Shown here in pieces: positions 55,530-64,000 of a stretch of DNA of 64,000 nucleotides. The notes below the pieces were generated by a model. The model had not been told where the DNA came from. It saw only the letters and a list, made by a program, of their open reading frames with translations, and ran no database searches. The stretch is from an uncultured Verrucomicrobiales bacterium (GTDB taxonomy: Bacteria > Verrucomicrobiota > Verrucomicrobiia > Verrucomicrobiales > Akkermansiaceae). The translations under genes were made by a program, and so were the position numbers. The stretch spans positions 11,657 to 75,656 of the forward strand of contig CASICJ010000020.1 of assembly GCA_949373085.1 (NCBI GenBank), read 5' to 3'. The stretch's first letter is position 1. Each line of letters begins with the position of its first letter.

Positions 55530-58184
55530 GTGGCGCTTGATCTCACTTCCTTTTTTAAAGATCCCGATTGGTTCCACCGATTTGATGAGCACGTCCTCGC
55601 CCAAGGGAAAAAACTCTCATCCCCGCGATTCCTTTCCGCACTGAATCTCGAGAGAGTTGATGATGGCTACCTCCTCACCGCTCGCTCCGACGAACATGAC
55701 GTGGAGATCAACCTATGGCCAGAATCTGATTCACGATGGGGATTCGACTCATCCTGCACCTGCGAATTTGGTTCATTTTGTCCACACGCAGCTGCCGCCT
55801 TACTCCGCGCCTCCCGGCCCAACACTCTAGCGCGCCTCATGCGAGGAGGCGGCACGACAGCATCACACGCTCAATTCCAAAAAAAAGAGGCCGTGGTCGT
55901 AAAAGAAGACAAAATCTACAAGCCCACCTTTCATCTGGAAGTCGCCGAAGAACCCGCGCGCGCGCGGGTGGTCCAACTCCTCCTGCAAGCACTCAAGATG
56001 AAACAACGAGACACTTGGCTCGTGGCTCGTCCATCCGTTCACTATGGCCCACACACCTTTCCTCTCATCAAGACGAGTAGCGAATCTCAAGTAACTCGGG
56101 ATAAGCCCGCCGAATTTCGTGCCATCGAACAGCTCACCAAACTAGGCCTTACCAATCTCTCCACCAATCCGACCTACCGCTTCCTTCTCTCACTGGCTAA
56201 AAAACAATCCTCTGAGCTCTCCGTAGAAGGCTGCTGGTTTCCAGATCCCCATCTTTCCACTCCTTCTGTTTATTGGCCCTGGTTTCGAGCTAAAGCTGCT
56301 CGTATGCTTGCTGAAGCCGAATGGCAAATCACGATCGATGAAAACTTCGGCCATGATGTTCATGAACTCTCTGATGATGAAATAGAGGCTTCCCTCGTCC
56401 CCGCTCCGGGAGGCTGGTTCACCCTCTCCGTTGGTATCGATCTTGATGGTGAACGCCTTGACCTCCTTCCCATCCTCACCAGCCTACTTGACAGCGACAC
56501 GATCGAACAACTCCAAGAACTAGACGACAACGAGCCTCACCTCATCTACCTCCCCAACGGAGGAGCTTTACAGGTTCCCGCCGGTCGACTGCGAGCCATT
56601 CTTCATCACCTCGCCGCCCTTACCAATCCCAAGGCCCCCTCACTGCACCCACTTGATGCCACCGCGCTCCTCGAGGACGAGGCCCTTCCTATCGACCCCC
56701 CCGCCGAACTCAAAGGCCTCCGCTCCCGCCTCCTAAATAAACAAAAAGAAACGAAGGAATTCATTCTACCCGATGGCTTACATGCCGAACTTCGTGACTA
56801 CCAAAAAACCGGCACCGAGTGGATGAACTTCCTCTCCAACCATGAACTCAATGGCATTCTCGCAGATGATATGGGGCTGGGAAAAACCCTGCAGACTCTA
56901 ACCCACATCTTACAACTTAAAGCCGAAGGTAAAAACGGACCTGTTCTGGTGGTTGCTCCTACCTCAGTGGTTCCGAATTGGCTGGCCGAAACCAAAAAGT
57001 TTACACCATCACTCCGCGCCATCATTCTCCAGGGGCCACAGAGAAAAAAACTCTTCACCCACATCCCGCACGCCGACCTGGTCCTCACTTCTTTCGCCCT
57101 TTTACAACGCGACGTCGCCGATCTCAAAAAGCACGACTTCCAGCTCATCGTTCTCGACGAAGCTCAGCACATCAAAAACCCCTCCGCTAAGGTTAGCCAA
57201 GCTGCCTGCGAACTCACATCCCGCCAGCGGCTCTGCCTCTCCGGCACTCCGATCGAAAATAACCTTGGCGAACTCTGGTCACTCTTCCGTTTCCTCATGC
57301 CCGGATTTCTTGGTCCACTCGAACGCTTCCGCAGGAACTACCAAACCCCCATCGAAAAAGACAATGATGAAGAACGCCGTGAATTTCTCCGTGCTCGTCT
57401 TGGTCCACTCATCCTGCGCCGCACCAAAGACCAAGTTGCCACCGAGCTCCCACCTAAAACAATCCTCGTCCATCCTGTCGACCTAAACTCCGCCCAACGT
57501 GACCTTTATGAAACTGTCCGTGCAACGATGGATAAACAAGTCCGAGAAGCGATTGCCGCCCGCGGTTTAGAGCAATCGCAATTCGCCATCCTTGATGCAC
57601 TCCTCAAACTCCGTCAAATCTGCTGCCACCCCGCTCTCCTCAAGCTTCAAACCGAAGAAGCAAAAAAGGCAAAGCGATCTGCAAAGCTCGATTATCTTTT
57701 TGAACTTCTCGACACCCTCTTTGCGGAAGGCCGCCGCGTCCTCCTGTTCTCCCAGTTCACTTCTATGCTTGAGTTAATCGAGCGTGAGTTAAACGTCCGA
57801 AGACACTCATTTTTGAAGCTCACCGGAGAGTCAAAAGACCGCGGTAACTTGGTCGAGCGTTTCCAAAACGAAAACATTCCCATCTTCCTCATCTCCCTCA
57901 AAGCCGGCGGTACTGGCCTCAACCTGACTGCCGCCGATACCGTGATCCACTTTGACCCGTGGTGGAATCCCGCCGCCGAAGCACAAGCTACCGACCGGGC
58001 CTACCGCATCGGGCAGGACAAACCCGTGTTCGTTCACAAACTCATCTGCTCCGGCACAGTTGAAGATCGCATTCACCAACTTCAGCAAAAGAAAGCTCTT
58101 CTTGCCGACTCTCTGCTCTCTGGGGCCGTCAAAGCCACCCCTGACGCCGATTCCCTCCGCGAGCTCCTTAAGCCACTGGCCTAA
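55530..58184 (+). CDS. SNF2-family helicase with an N-terminal SWIM zinc finger
   Basis: The SWIM motif CTCEFGSFCPH. SNF2 motifs: LADDMGLGKT, DEAQHIKN, and LSGTPIEN. Helicase C motifs: LISLKAGGTGLNLT and QA.DRA.RIGQ. Confidence 0.9.
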   Translation: MALDLTSFFKDPDWFHRFDEHVLAQGKKLSSPRFLSALNLERVDDGYLLTARSDEHDVEINLWPESDSRWGFDSSCTCEFGSFCPHAAAALLRASRPNTLARLMRGGGTTASHAQFQKKEAVVVKEDKIYKPTFHLEVAEEPARARVVQLLLQALKMKQRDTWLVARPSVHYGPHTFPLIKTSSESQVTRDKPAEFRAIEQLTKLGLTNLSTNPTYRFLLSLAKKQSSELSVEGCWFPDPHLSTPSVYWPWFRAKAARMLAEAEWQITIDENFGHDVHELSDDEIEASLVPAPGGWFTLSVGIDLDGERLDLLPILTSLLDSDTIEQLQELDDNEPHLIYLPNGGALQVPAGRLRAILHHLAALTNPKAPSLHPLDATALLEDEALPIDPPAELKGLRSRLLNKQKETKEFILPDGLHAELRDYQKTGTEWMNFLSNHELNGILADDMGLGKTLQTLTHILQLKAEGKNGPVLVVAPTSVVPNWLAETKKFTPSLRAIILQGPQRKKLFTHIPHADLVLTSFALLQRDVADLKKHDFQLIVLDEAQHIKNPSAKVSQAACELTSRQRLCLSGTPIENNLGELWSLFRFLMPGFLGPLERFRRNYQTPIEKDNDEERREFLRARLGPLILRRTKDQVATELPPKTILVHPVDLNSAQRDLYETVRATMDKQVREAIAARGLEQSQFAILDALLKLRQICCHPALLKLQTEEAKKAKRSAKLDYLFELLDTLFAEGRRVLLFSQFTSMLELIERELNVRRHSFLKLTGESKDRGNLVERFQNENIPIFLISLKAGGTGLNLTAADTVIHFDPWWNPAAEAQATDRAYRIGQDKPVFVHKLICSGTVEDRIHQLQQKKALLADSLLSGAVKATPDADSLRELLKPLA

Positions 58185-58292
58185 GAGCAAACGCCTCAGT
58201 CTAACTCCGGAAGTTGCATCCTCCTCTAATGTGTCAATAAATGCAATTCGCCTAATCTACGCTAAATAAAATGTGCTAGGATACCTCACCAC

Positions 58293-58895
58293 GTGAGATC
58301 TTCCCTTTTTGACCCTCATAACCTTCTTCCTTTGGATGGCAAGGCCATCAATCACGGTCCTATTTTCTCGATGGAAGAGTCTGATCAGTTCTTCATGAAG
58401 CTCATGTCCGGCCTACCATGGAAAAGCGATATCATCAAAATGTTCGGAAAGACCATCACAACCACACGTAAAGTTGCTTGGGTCGGTGACGATAGCCTAG
58501 ACTACACTTACTCCGGAGCCACTAAACGCCCCCTCCAGTGGACGCCTCTTCTCACACAGTTAAAGGATAGAGTAGAAGAGCAACTTGGAGAGTCTTTCAA
58601 CTCCTGCCTTCTTAACCTCTACCACGATGGTGGTGAGGGAATGTCATGGCATCGCGACAATGAGCCGTCCATCATCCCCCATTCAACTATTGCAAGTCTG
58701 AGCTTTGGTGCAAAGCGGCGATTCCACTTCAAACACATCGAAACCAAAGAGCGTATCACCACCGAACTTGAACACGGCAGCCTCCTCGTCATGGCTGGTG
58801 AGATTCAGACCCACTGGCTCCACGCCCTTCCCAAGAGTAAGACAATCACCGCGCCCCGCATTAACCTGACCTTCCGCAAAATGAAACCCTCATAG
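58293..58895 (+). CDS. alkB: Alpha-ketoglutarate-dependent dioxygenase AlkB
   Basis: LLPLDG, WHRD.E (HxD), HW.H..PK, and RINLTFR. GTG start. Confidence 0.85.
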   Translation: MRSSLFDPHNLLPLDGKAINHGPIFSMEESDQFFMKLMSGLPWKSDIIKMFGKTITTTRKVAWVGDDSLDYTYSGATKRPLQWTPLLTQLKDRVEEQLGESFNSCLLNLYHDGGEGMSWHRDNEPSIIPHSTIASLSFGAKRRFHFKHIETKERITTELEHGSLLVMAGEIQTHWLHALPKSKTITAPRINLTFRKMKPS

Positions 58896-59005
58896 GTCCG
58901 GCTCTCATCAACCTTTGCGCACACCTCCTCCAAACGGAGCTCAAATCATCACTCAATCTAACAGAATTGAAGAAAATGTAATTTACTACCACTAACTCGC
59001 GTTAC

Positions 59006-59953
59006 TTGGAGATGCGCGCGCTTTCGCTCACACTCTTCGGAATTACCTTGGCATCAGCTGATCCGCTCACCTTCAATACCACTCCTCTCGGGCAGAAAGA
59101 TCGCCCCATTATTCTGCGGACCTACGTTCCCGATCCAGGGCTGGCTCCGGCAGTCCTTTCCAATCATGGCGAAGCCTCCAAATCGCCAAAATACAGTCCC
59201 AATAGTGGCCGTGACGTTGGGGGAGAATACCGTATGATGAAAGTTATTCCCGCAGCGCTCGCAGTAAACCACGGCCCTGCACTTTCCTACGTTTGGGACA
59301 CCACCGAATGCCGTCTCCTTTATGCCTGGCAAGGTGGGTTTATCGATCTCTATCCCTACTGGGGTGAGAAAACCCGGGGTGGACGACGTTCTTTCGATTA
59401 CGGTGCCCGCCTCGTTGGAAACCTTTTTTACATGGCTCAACCCATCAAAAGAGAGAAGCCCACCTTCATTGGATATGACCTCTCGGATCAGGGAGTTCCC
59501 ACCTTCCACTATAAGCTCGGTGACACTAAATACGCCGAAACCATTCTCCCGAACGATCGCCAGTATTCCTTCGCGATCAATCAAGGCTCTAAAAAATTAA
59601 CGATCAAAGGCAAGCTGATTTCAGAACACCAAGGCTTTGATCGTAATCTAAAAATTAAATCCGTTACCGTAAAATCCGGACAACAAGTCTTCGGCGCTTA
59701 TGGATGTGTCGCTTGTCATTCCACCGACGGATCGAAAGGCCACGGCCCAAGCCTAAAAAACCTCGCCGGCTCAACCCGGCCTATCGAGGGAAGCGACCCC
59801 GTTCTCGCCGACGCCGCCTATCTCACCGAATCGATCAAGAACCCCAACGCCAAAACCGCACAAGGATTCCCGCCTGGCTATATGCCGCCTTATCAACTCA
59901 AGGACAAGGAAGTCGAATCCCTAGTGCTCTACATTCAATCTCTCGCCAAATGA
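59006..59953 (+). CDS. Secreted protein with a C-terminal c-type cytochrome domain
   Basis: Signal peptide. CVACHS haem motif with a downstream GYMPPY Met ligand. The N-terminal ~220 aa are unassigned. The start is the TTG at 59006 or the ATG at 59012. Confidence 0.65.
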   Translation: MEMRALSLTLFGITLASADPLTFNTTPLGQKDRPIILRTYVPDPGLAPAVLSNHGEASKSPKYSPNSGRDVGGEYRMMKVIPAALAVNHGPALSYVWDTTECRLLYAWQGGFIDLYPYWGEKTRGGRRSFDYGARLVGNLFYMAQPIKREKPTFIGYDLSDQGVPTFHYKLGDTKYAETILPNDRQYSFAINQGSKKLTIKGKLISEHQGFDRNLKIKSVTVKSGQQVFGAYGCVACHSTDGSKGHGPSLKNLAGSTRPIEGSDPVLADAAYLTESIKNPNAKTAQGFPPGYMPPYQLKDKEVESLVLYIQSLAK

Positions 59954-61401
59954 AACATTCTCTCCTTTTTATCCTTCTGTCTACTCCTCTCCTCGCAACT
60001 CCCTACAAAGTTGAGGATATCAAATTCCCTGCCAGCGTTCCCCCGGAAGTAGGTGGGATTGACTTCGCGCCTGACGGCACCCTCTTCGCGGTTCTGCGTC
60101 GTGGCGATGTCATGCGCGCAAGACCCGCCGCCGACCCTACTCAGTGGAAATGGGAACTTTTTGCCACGGGCTTTCACAACGGCTGCGGCATCGATGCCGT
60201 CTCGCGTGACAAGGTGCGTGTCACCCAAATGGCCGACTTTACCGAAGCCACCGATACCGACAACGATGGTATTGCCGATCAATACCGTATCTTCGCGGCC
60301 GGCTGGGGGCTCTCCGGAAACTACCACGAAACCAACACCATCGCTGAAGACGGTAAAGGTGGATACTATATTGCCATCGGCACCGCCTCACACAATGGGC
60401 CCACCGCCGAGCACACCCTTGGCGAGTATTCTAAATTCGGCCGGCGCGGCCGTAACTTCGCCTCAGTGAAGTGGCGCGGTTGCACTCTCTATTGTGATCC
60501 AAAAGGAAACCTCTCACCTTTTTGCTTTGGCTTCCGAATGCACAACGGCATCCACCAAGATTCTTCCGGAAACCTGTGGTGTGGCGACAATCAAGGTGAT
60601 TGGCGGGCTACCACTCCACTCTATCACCTAGAAAGAGGTAATTTTTATGGCCACCCTAGCGCCCTCGTCTGGGATGAACGCTGGCCCGAGGATAAGGATC
60701 CACTCCACACCTACCGCGAAGATCTCGAGGCCTACAACAAACATCGAACTTGGCCTTCCATACAGATTCCTCACAGCGAAATGAATCGCTCAGCTGGCGA
60801 ACCTTACGAGATCCCCAAAAACTTCCCTCACTTCCCCGGCCAGATGCTCCTACCCGACAACAACAGTAAACGCATCACCCGTATTATGCTAGAGAAGGTT
60901 AATGGTAAGTTCCAGGGAGCCTGTACTCACTTTCTTAATGGTGGAGGTCTTCGCAGCGGAAACCACCGCATCCGTTTCAGCTCGGACCAACAGAAAATCT
61001 ACGTCGGCCAAACTGTTCGCGGCTGGGGAAAAGAAGCCGAGGGACTGCAACGCATCACCCCGATCAGTGAAGAACCTTTCGACATCACCGCCTTCAATAT
61101 CACTCCACAAGGCTTTAAAATTACCTTTACTCGTGAACTTGAGAACGATCTAGCTGCCAAAGATCTCAAGTTCAAATCCTTCACCTATCAATCGAAGTGG
61201 ACCTACGGTTCACCTCAAGAAAATACGACTAATAACAAAGTTCAGAGTGTTAAGCACCTCAGCGCAAAAACCGTCGAGATTACTCTGGATAGATTCAAAC
61301 CTGGTCGAGTTTACCAACTCGACCTTGAGGAACTAAAATCAAAAGACGGCGATGAAATCCAAAATCGCCTTTTTTACTACACCGCCAACCAACTTCCCTA
61401 A
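59950..61401 (+). CDS. Secreted beta-propeller protein (SGDH/PQQ-dehydrogenase-like)
   Basis: The ATG at 59950 overlaps the upstream stop (ATGA). Signal peptide MKHSLLFILLSTPLLA. Propeller-like blocks (GIDFAPDGTLF, DTDNDGIAD, RN, NLWCGDNQGDW). Confidence 0.65.
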   Translation: MKHSLLFILLSTPLLATPYKVEDIKFPASVPPEVGGIDFAPDGTLFAVLRRGDVMRARPAADPTQWKWELFATGFHNGCGIDAVSRDKVRVTQMADFTEATDTDNDGIADQYRIFAAGWGLSGNYHETNTIAEDGKGGYYIAIGTASHNGPTAEHTLGEYSKFGRRGRNFASVKWRGCTLYCDPKGNLSPFCFGFRMHNGIHQDSSGNLWCGDNQGDWRATTPLYHLERGNFYGHPSALVWDERWPEDKDPLHTYREDLEAYNKHRTWPSIQIPHSEMNRSAGEPYEIPKNFPHFPGQMLLPDNNSKRITRIMLEKVNGKFQGACTHFLNGGGLRSGNHRIRFSSDQQKIYVGQTVRGWGKEAEGLQRITPISEEPFDITAFNITPQGFKITFTRELENDLAAKDLKFKSFTYQSKWTYGSPQENTTNNKVQSVKHLSAKTVEITLDRFKPGRVYQLDLEELKSKDGDEIQNRLFYYTANQLP

Positions 61402-61402
61402 A

Positions 61403-61443
61403 TTCTGCCCTAAGCCGAAAAAAGACGGCAGAAATTTTCTCTT
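61403..61443. terminator. Possible bidirectional terminator between convergent genes
   Basis: TTCTGCC ... GGCAGAA forms a 7-bp stem with a large 17-nt loop (61403-61433), followed by a T-rich tract. An alternative inner pairing is GCCG/CGGC. Weak. Confidence 0.35.
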
Positions 61444-61448
61444 CCAGA

Positions 61449-62697
61449 CTATCCCAAGCCCCTCATCGTTCCTGTTGAGGTCGCAAATTTCTGAGCCTCC
61501 ATGCCTAGGTTTTGCAACATGGAAAGGTAAAGGTTTGGCAGCGGATAATTGTTGGTATTGCTGAAGCCGAGGTGCTGACCATGCTTGTAGCCGCCGCCAC
61601 CAAAGAGAACCGGCATATTACGGTTATCATGGGAGGAGGCGTTTCCAAGATTTGAAGTCAGAAGAATCATCGTGTCATCAATTAGGTTCGCTCCCTGAAG
61701 CTTTCGAAGGAAATCACCCCATCGATTAACGGTAGCTTGCTCTACGATGGCGAGCTGATCGAGCTTTTCGCCGCTCTGGCCGTGGTGCGAAAGCGAGTGG
61801 TAGGATTCATCAACACCTTCAAGCGCACGCACCGAAGTATCAGGACAATGAAGGGTAACAAAGCGAGTCGAGTCAGTTTGGAGAGACAAGAAGACGGTAT
61901 CGAGAAAGGCGCGCATTATGTCAGGCGCATTGTCACGGTCCGGACTTTCGGGCTCCTTCCCGACTTTAGGTTTTGCTTTGTCAATCCAAGCCTCATTAGC
62001 TTCAAGGCGAAGCTCCAGCTCACGAACCGATGTAAACCACTCATCGAGCTTCTCGCGGTCTCCGGGACCGACCTGCCGCTCGAGCGATTTGGTCTCGGAA
62101 CGAACGATGTCCATAATAGATTTGCCACCGCGAGCAATATCACGCTGACGCTCCTTAGCATCTGGTGAATCATTAACGAAGAGAGCGGTAAAAAGTTTTT
62201 TGGGATCGTCAATGGCCGGAATCATAGCACCACTCTCCGAATAAGACGGCGACCGCTGGCTTGAAGTACTAAGAACCAACGAGGAAAAGCGAGTCTCATC
62301 TCCCATGTATTTGGCCATGTGCTGATCGAGAGAAATCGTATTTTTACTATTACTTCCGCGGCCCATCGGACAGGCTGAAAAAATGGAAGCTTCGGCAGTG
62401 TGTCCGCCTTTCACGCCAGGATGAGAAGTTCCTGAGATTACAGTGAATTTGTCTCGAATGTCCTGTAAGGATTTAAGGTAAGGGGAGGGGGGTGTAACCA
62501 TCACCCTTATCCTTGGGAACGAGGTAGGGGTTATGCAATCCTAGGCGGAGAGAAACGCCAACGAAACGCTTGGGTCTAGCAGGCTCAGAAGCCCCGAAGG
62601 CCGGCGACATGGCATCAAGCATAGGCAGACCGAGTGCAATCCCGGCTTGCTTGAGGACGGTGCGACGAGGGAGAGCTTTGCGGGTAGAAATGTGCAC
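61449..62697 (-). pseudogene. DUF1552 protein gene interrupted by a +1 frameshift in a C6 run (pseudogene or sequencing error)
   Basis: ORF 62473-62697 carries a Tat-like signal and the DUF1552 N-terminus. ORF 61449-62504 carries the remainder (VISGTSHPG...). Removing one C from CCCCCC (G6 at 62487-62492 on the plus strand) joins ...KGDGYT to PPSPYLKSLQD. Confidence 0.7.
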
Positions 62698-62711
62698 AGG
62701 CCTAGATACGC

Positions 62712-64000
62712 TTACTTATTTAGAAAAATTTCGCTACTGAGTGCAGCTTGGATGATACTCTTGATACCATACCCCTTTTTGGAGGCCTCGGCAACAATCT
62801 GCTCAAGGTGGGGGCGATCACTAAATCTAAGTTTTCCCCCGACACCATAGCTCAAAACCTGCCTTGCGAAAGTTCGTGTCAAAATTTCAGGGCGCTCTAG
62901 GTAAATTGCCCGCCAAGAATCGAAAGTTTTAAAGCGTATTCCATCTGGTGTGACTCCCGAAGGATCGACTTTGGCCGAGTTCTTTTTATTTCCATAAGCG
63001 ATCCGGTATTGCCCAATAGGATCGTAACTTTCGAGTGCAAACCCAGAAGGATCAATCTTGTCGTGACAACTCGCACAAGAGGTCGAGTCGGTGTGCTTGG
63101 CAAGTTGATCTCGGATGGAAACAGCACCCCGGATATCTGGTTCAATCGCAGGGACACTTTCCGGTGGCGGAGGGATGTGACGACCCAAAATCCGCTCATT
63201 CACCCAGACTCCACGAAGAATCGGAGAGGTCACTGAGCCATCAGCAGTGACCTTAAGGATAGAAGCCTGAGTGAGAAGCCCAGATCGCTGAGCGGGAGTA
63301 AGTCTCACTTTTTGCAGACCCCCACCAGGAGTCAACTTGATCCCTTTCAGCTTATAATGATCGCGGAGGCGAGTGTTGAGAAAGCCTGTGTCTGACTTCA
63401 AAATCTGGGTGACAGGACGATTTTCGGCGATGAGTCCCGCCACGAAACCCTGGGTCTCAGTCTTGAGCGATTGCTGTAATGGTAGATCAAAATCTCGGAA
63501 GCGCCGCGGGTCCAGCTGGGTGGCATCAATATCGCGCAGGTCCAGCCATTGGTCAGTGAAGTCTTCGATAAAACGCGACGATCTTTCGTGAGTAAGGAGA
63601 CGCTCAATTTGACGTTGAAACACATCAGGCTCGCGGAGTCTCCCCTCATCAGCAAACTTGCGCAGCTGGCTATCAGGAAGAGTCTTCCAGAGCAAGAAAC
63701 TCAGACGAGCGGCGATCGCATGGTCATCAAGAGGCCCCGGCTTCTCGACAAAGGTCAAGAAACTCGGTGAGCATAAAATCGCGTGGTAGGCCGAGCGAAG
63801 CGCCTTTGGAAAGGAATTACCTGACTTGAGTTGCTCTGCCGCAAGTTTCTCGTAAGGAGCGATCTGCTTTTTGGTGACGGGGCGCCGGAAAGCACGCGAA
63901 GCGAAGCGACGAATAAGCTTGGAGAGAGCTGGACCAGAAATCGTTTTAAGTTCCTCGAGATCGAAATCGGCAAAGAGATGAGAGCGGACCTGCTTCCGTT
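62712..64000 (-). CDS. DUF1592/DUF1588/DUF1595-family protein with a CxxCH-like motif, N-terminus beyond the window
   Basis: My own translation shows this frame stays open from 63758 to the window edge (...RRFASRAFRRPVTKKQIAPYEKL...), so the TTG at 63758 is not the true start. CASCHDKIDPSGFALESYD block. It lies directly upstream of DUF1552, the usual pairing. Confidence 0.8.
   Translation of the reverse strand, partial: RKQVRSHLFADFDLEELKTISGPALSKLIRRFASRAFRRPVTKKQIAPYEKLAAEQLKSGNSFPKALRSAYHAILCSPSFLTFVEKPGPLDDHAIAARLSFLLWKTLPDSQLRKFADEGRLREPDVFQRQIERLLTHERSSRFIEDFTDQWLDLRDIDATQLDPRRFRDFDLPLQQSLKTETQGFVAGLIAENRPVTQILKSDTGFLNTRLRDHYKLKGIKLTPGGGLQKVRLTPAQRSGLLTQASILKVTADGSVTSPILRGVWVNERILGRHIPPPPESVPAIEPDIRGAVSIRDQLAKHTDSTSCASCHDKIDPSGFALESYDPIGQYRIAYGNKKNSAKVDPSGVTPDGIRFKTFDSWRAIYLERPEILTRTFARQVLSYGVGGKLRFSDRPHLEQIVAEASKKGYGIKSIIQAALSSEIFLNK

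Noticed and set aside
55953-55968. 16-nt perfect palindrome CCCGCGCGCGCGCGGG, containing (GC)5, inside the SNF2 gene
   Set aside because: It encodes an in-frame EPARARV segment of an intact CDS. It might be Z-DNA-prone or slippage-prone, but there is no evidence of function or frameshift. Regarded as a curiosity.
63755-63973. 72-aa ORF upstream of the 348-aa DUF1592-like ORF
   Set aside because: My translation of the 348-aa ORF's own frame stays open to the window edge and gives DUF1595-like sequence (FRRPVTKKQIAPYEKL). The 72-aa ORF is therefore an out-of-frame artefact, and the TTG at 63758 is not the real start.
1-64000. Search for CRISPR arrays, tRNA/rRNA genes, IS elements, prophage or known defence-system gene sets
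   Set aside because: I saw no spaced direct-repeat arrays and no transposase, integrase or phage structural proteins. No intergenic segment has tRNA-like cloverleaf potential. The SNF2 helicase lacks the partner genes of DISARM or Zorya-type systems.

Overview
This is a chromosomal segment with about 50% GC and about 45 genes. The gene content points to a PVC-superphylum bacterium, most likely a marine Verrucomicrobiota. That content includes sulfatases, a PSCyt/DUF1549/DUF1553 + DUF1501 pair, a DUF1592-family + DUF1552 pair, ThuA/DUF1080/PQQ-propeller proteins, a Pirellula/Verrucomicrobium-type dehydrogenase-haem fusion, and giant secreted LTD-CotH proteins. Housekeeping genes are interspersed: hemL, a tyrA-aroA-cmk-plsC operon, gatB, queA, apbE, two pilT-like ATPases and alkB. 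Reading by eye, I found no rRNA, tRNA, CRISPR array, transposase or integrase. The most interesting observation is a three-domain DsbD/ScsB-type disulfide reductase (47045-49285, minus strand). Its thioredoxin-domain CxxC motif reads TGA-A-T-C, with the TGA in frame, and an mRNA hairpin follows. This is the signature of a selenocysteine (UxxC) protein that ORF callers split in two. Other points of interest: a translationally coupled LuxE/LuxC-like pair without luxAB/D; two giant LTD-CotH paralogs; a ThuA-discoidin-propeller-HEAT-cytochrome c mega-fusion near separate DUF1080, PQQ-propeller and ThuA genes; a split version of the propeller + cytochrome c arrangement; a GH-A/GT2 fusion; and two genes broken by +1 indels in poly-G/C runs. 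All family assignments come from motifs I recognised in the translations, not from database searches.
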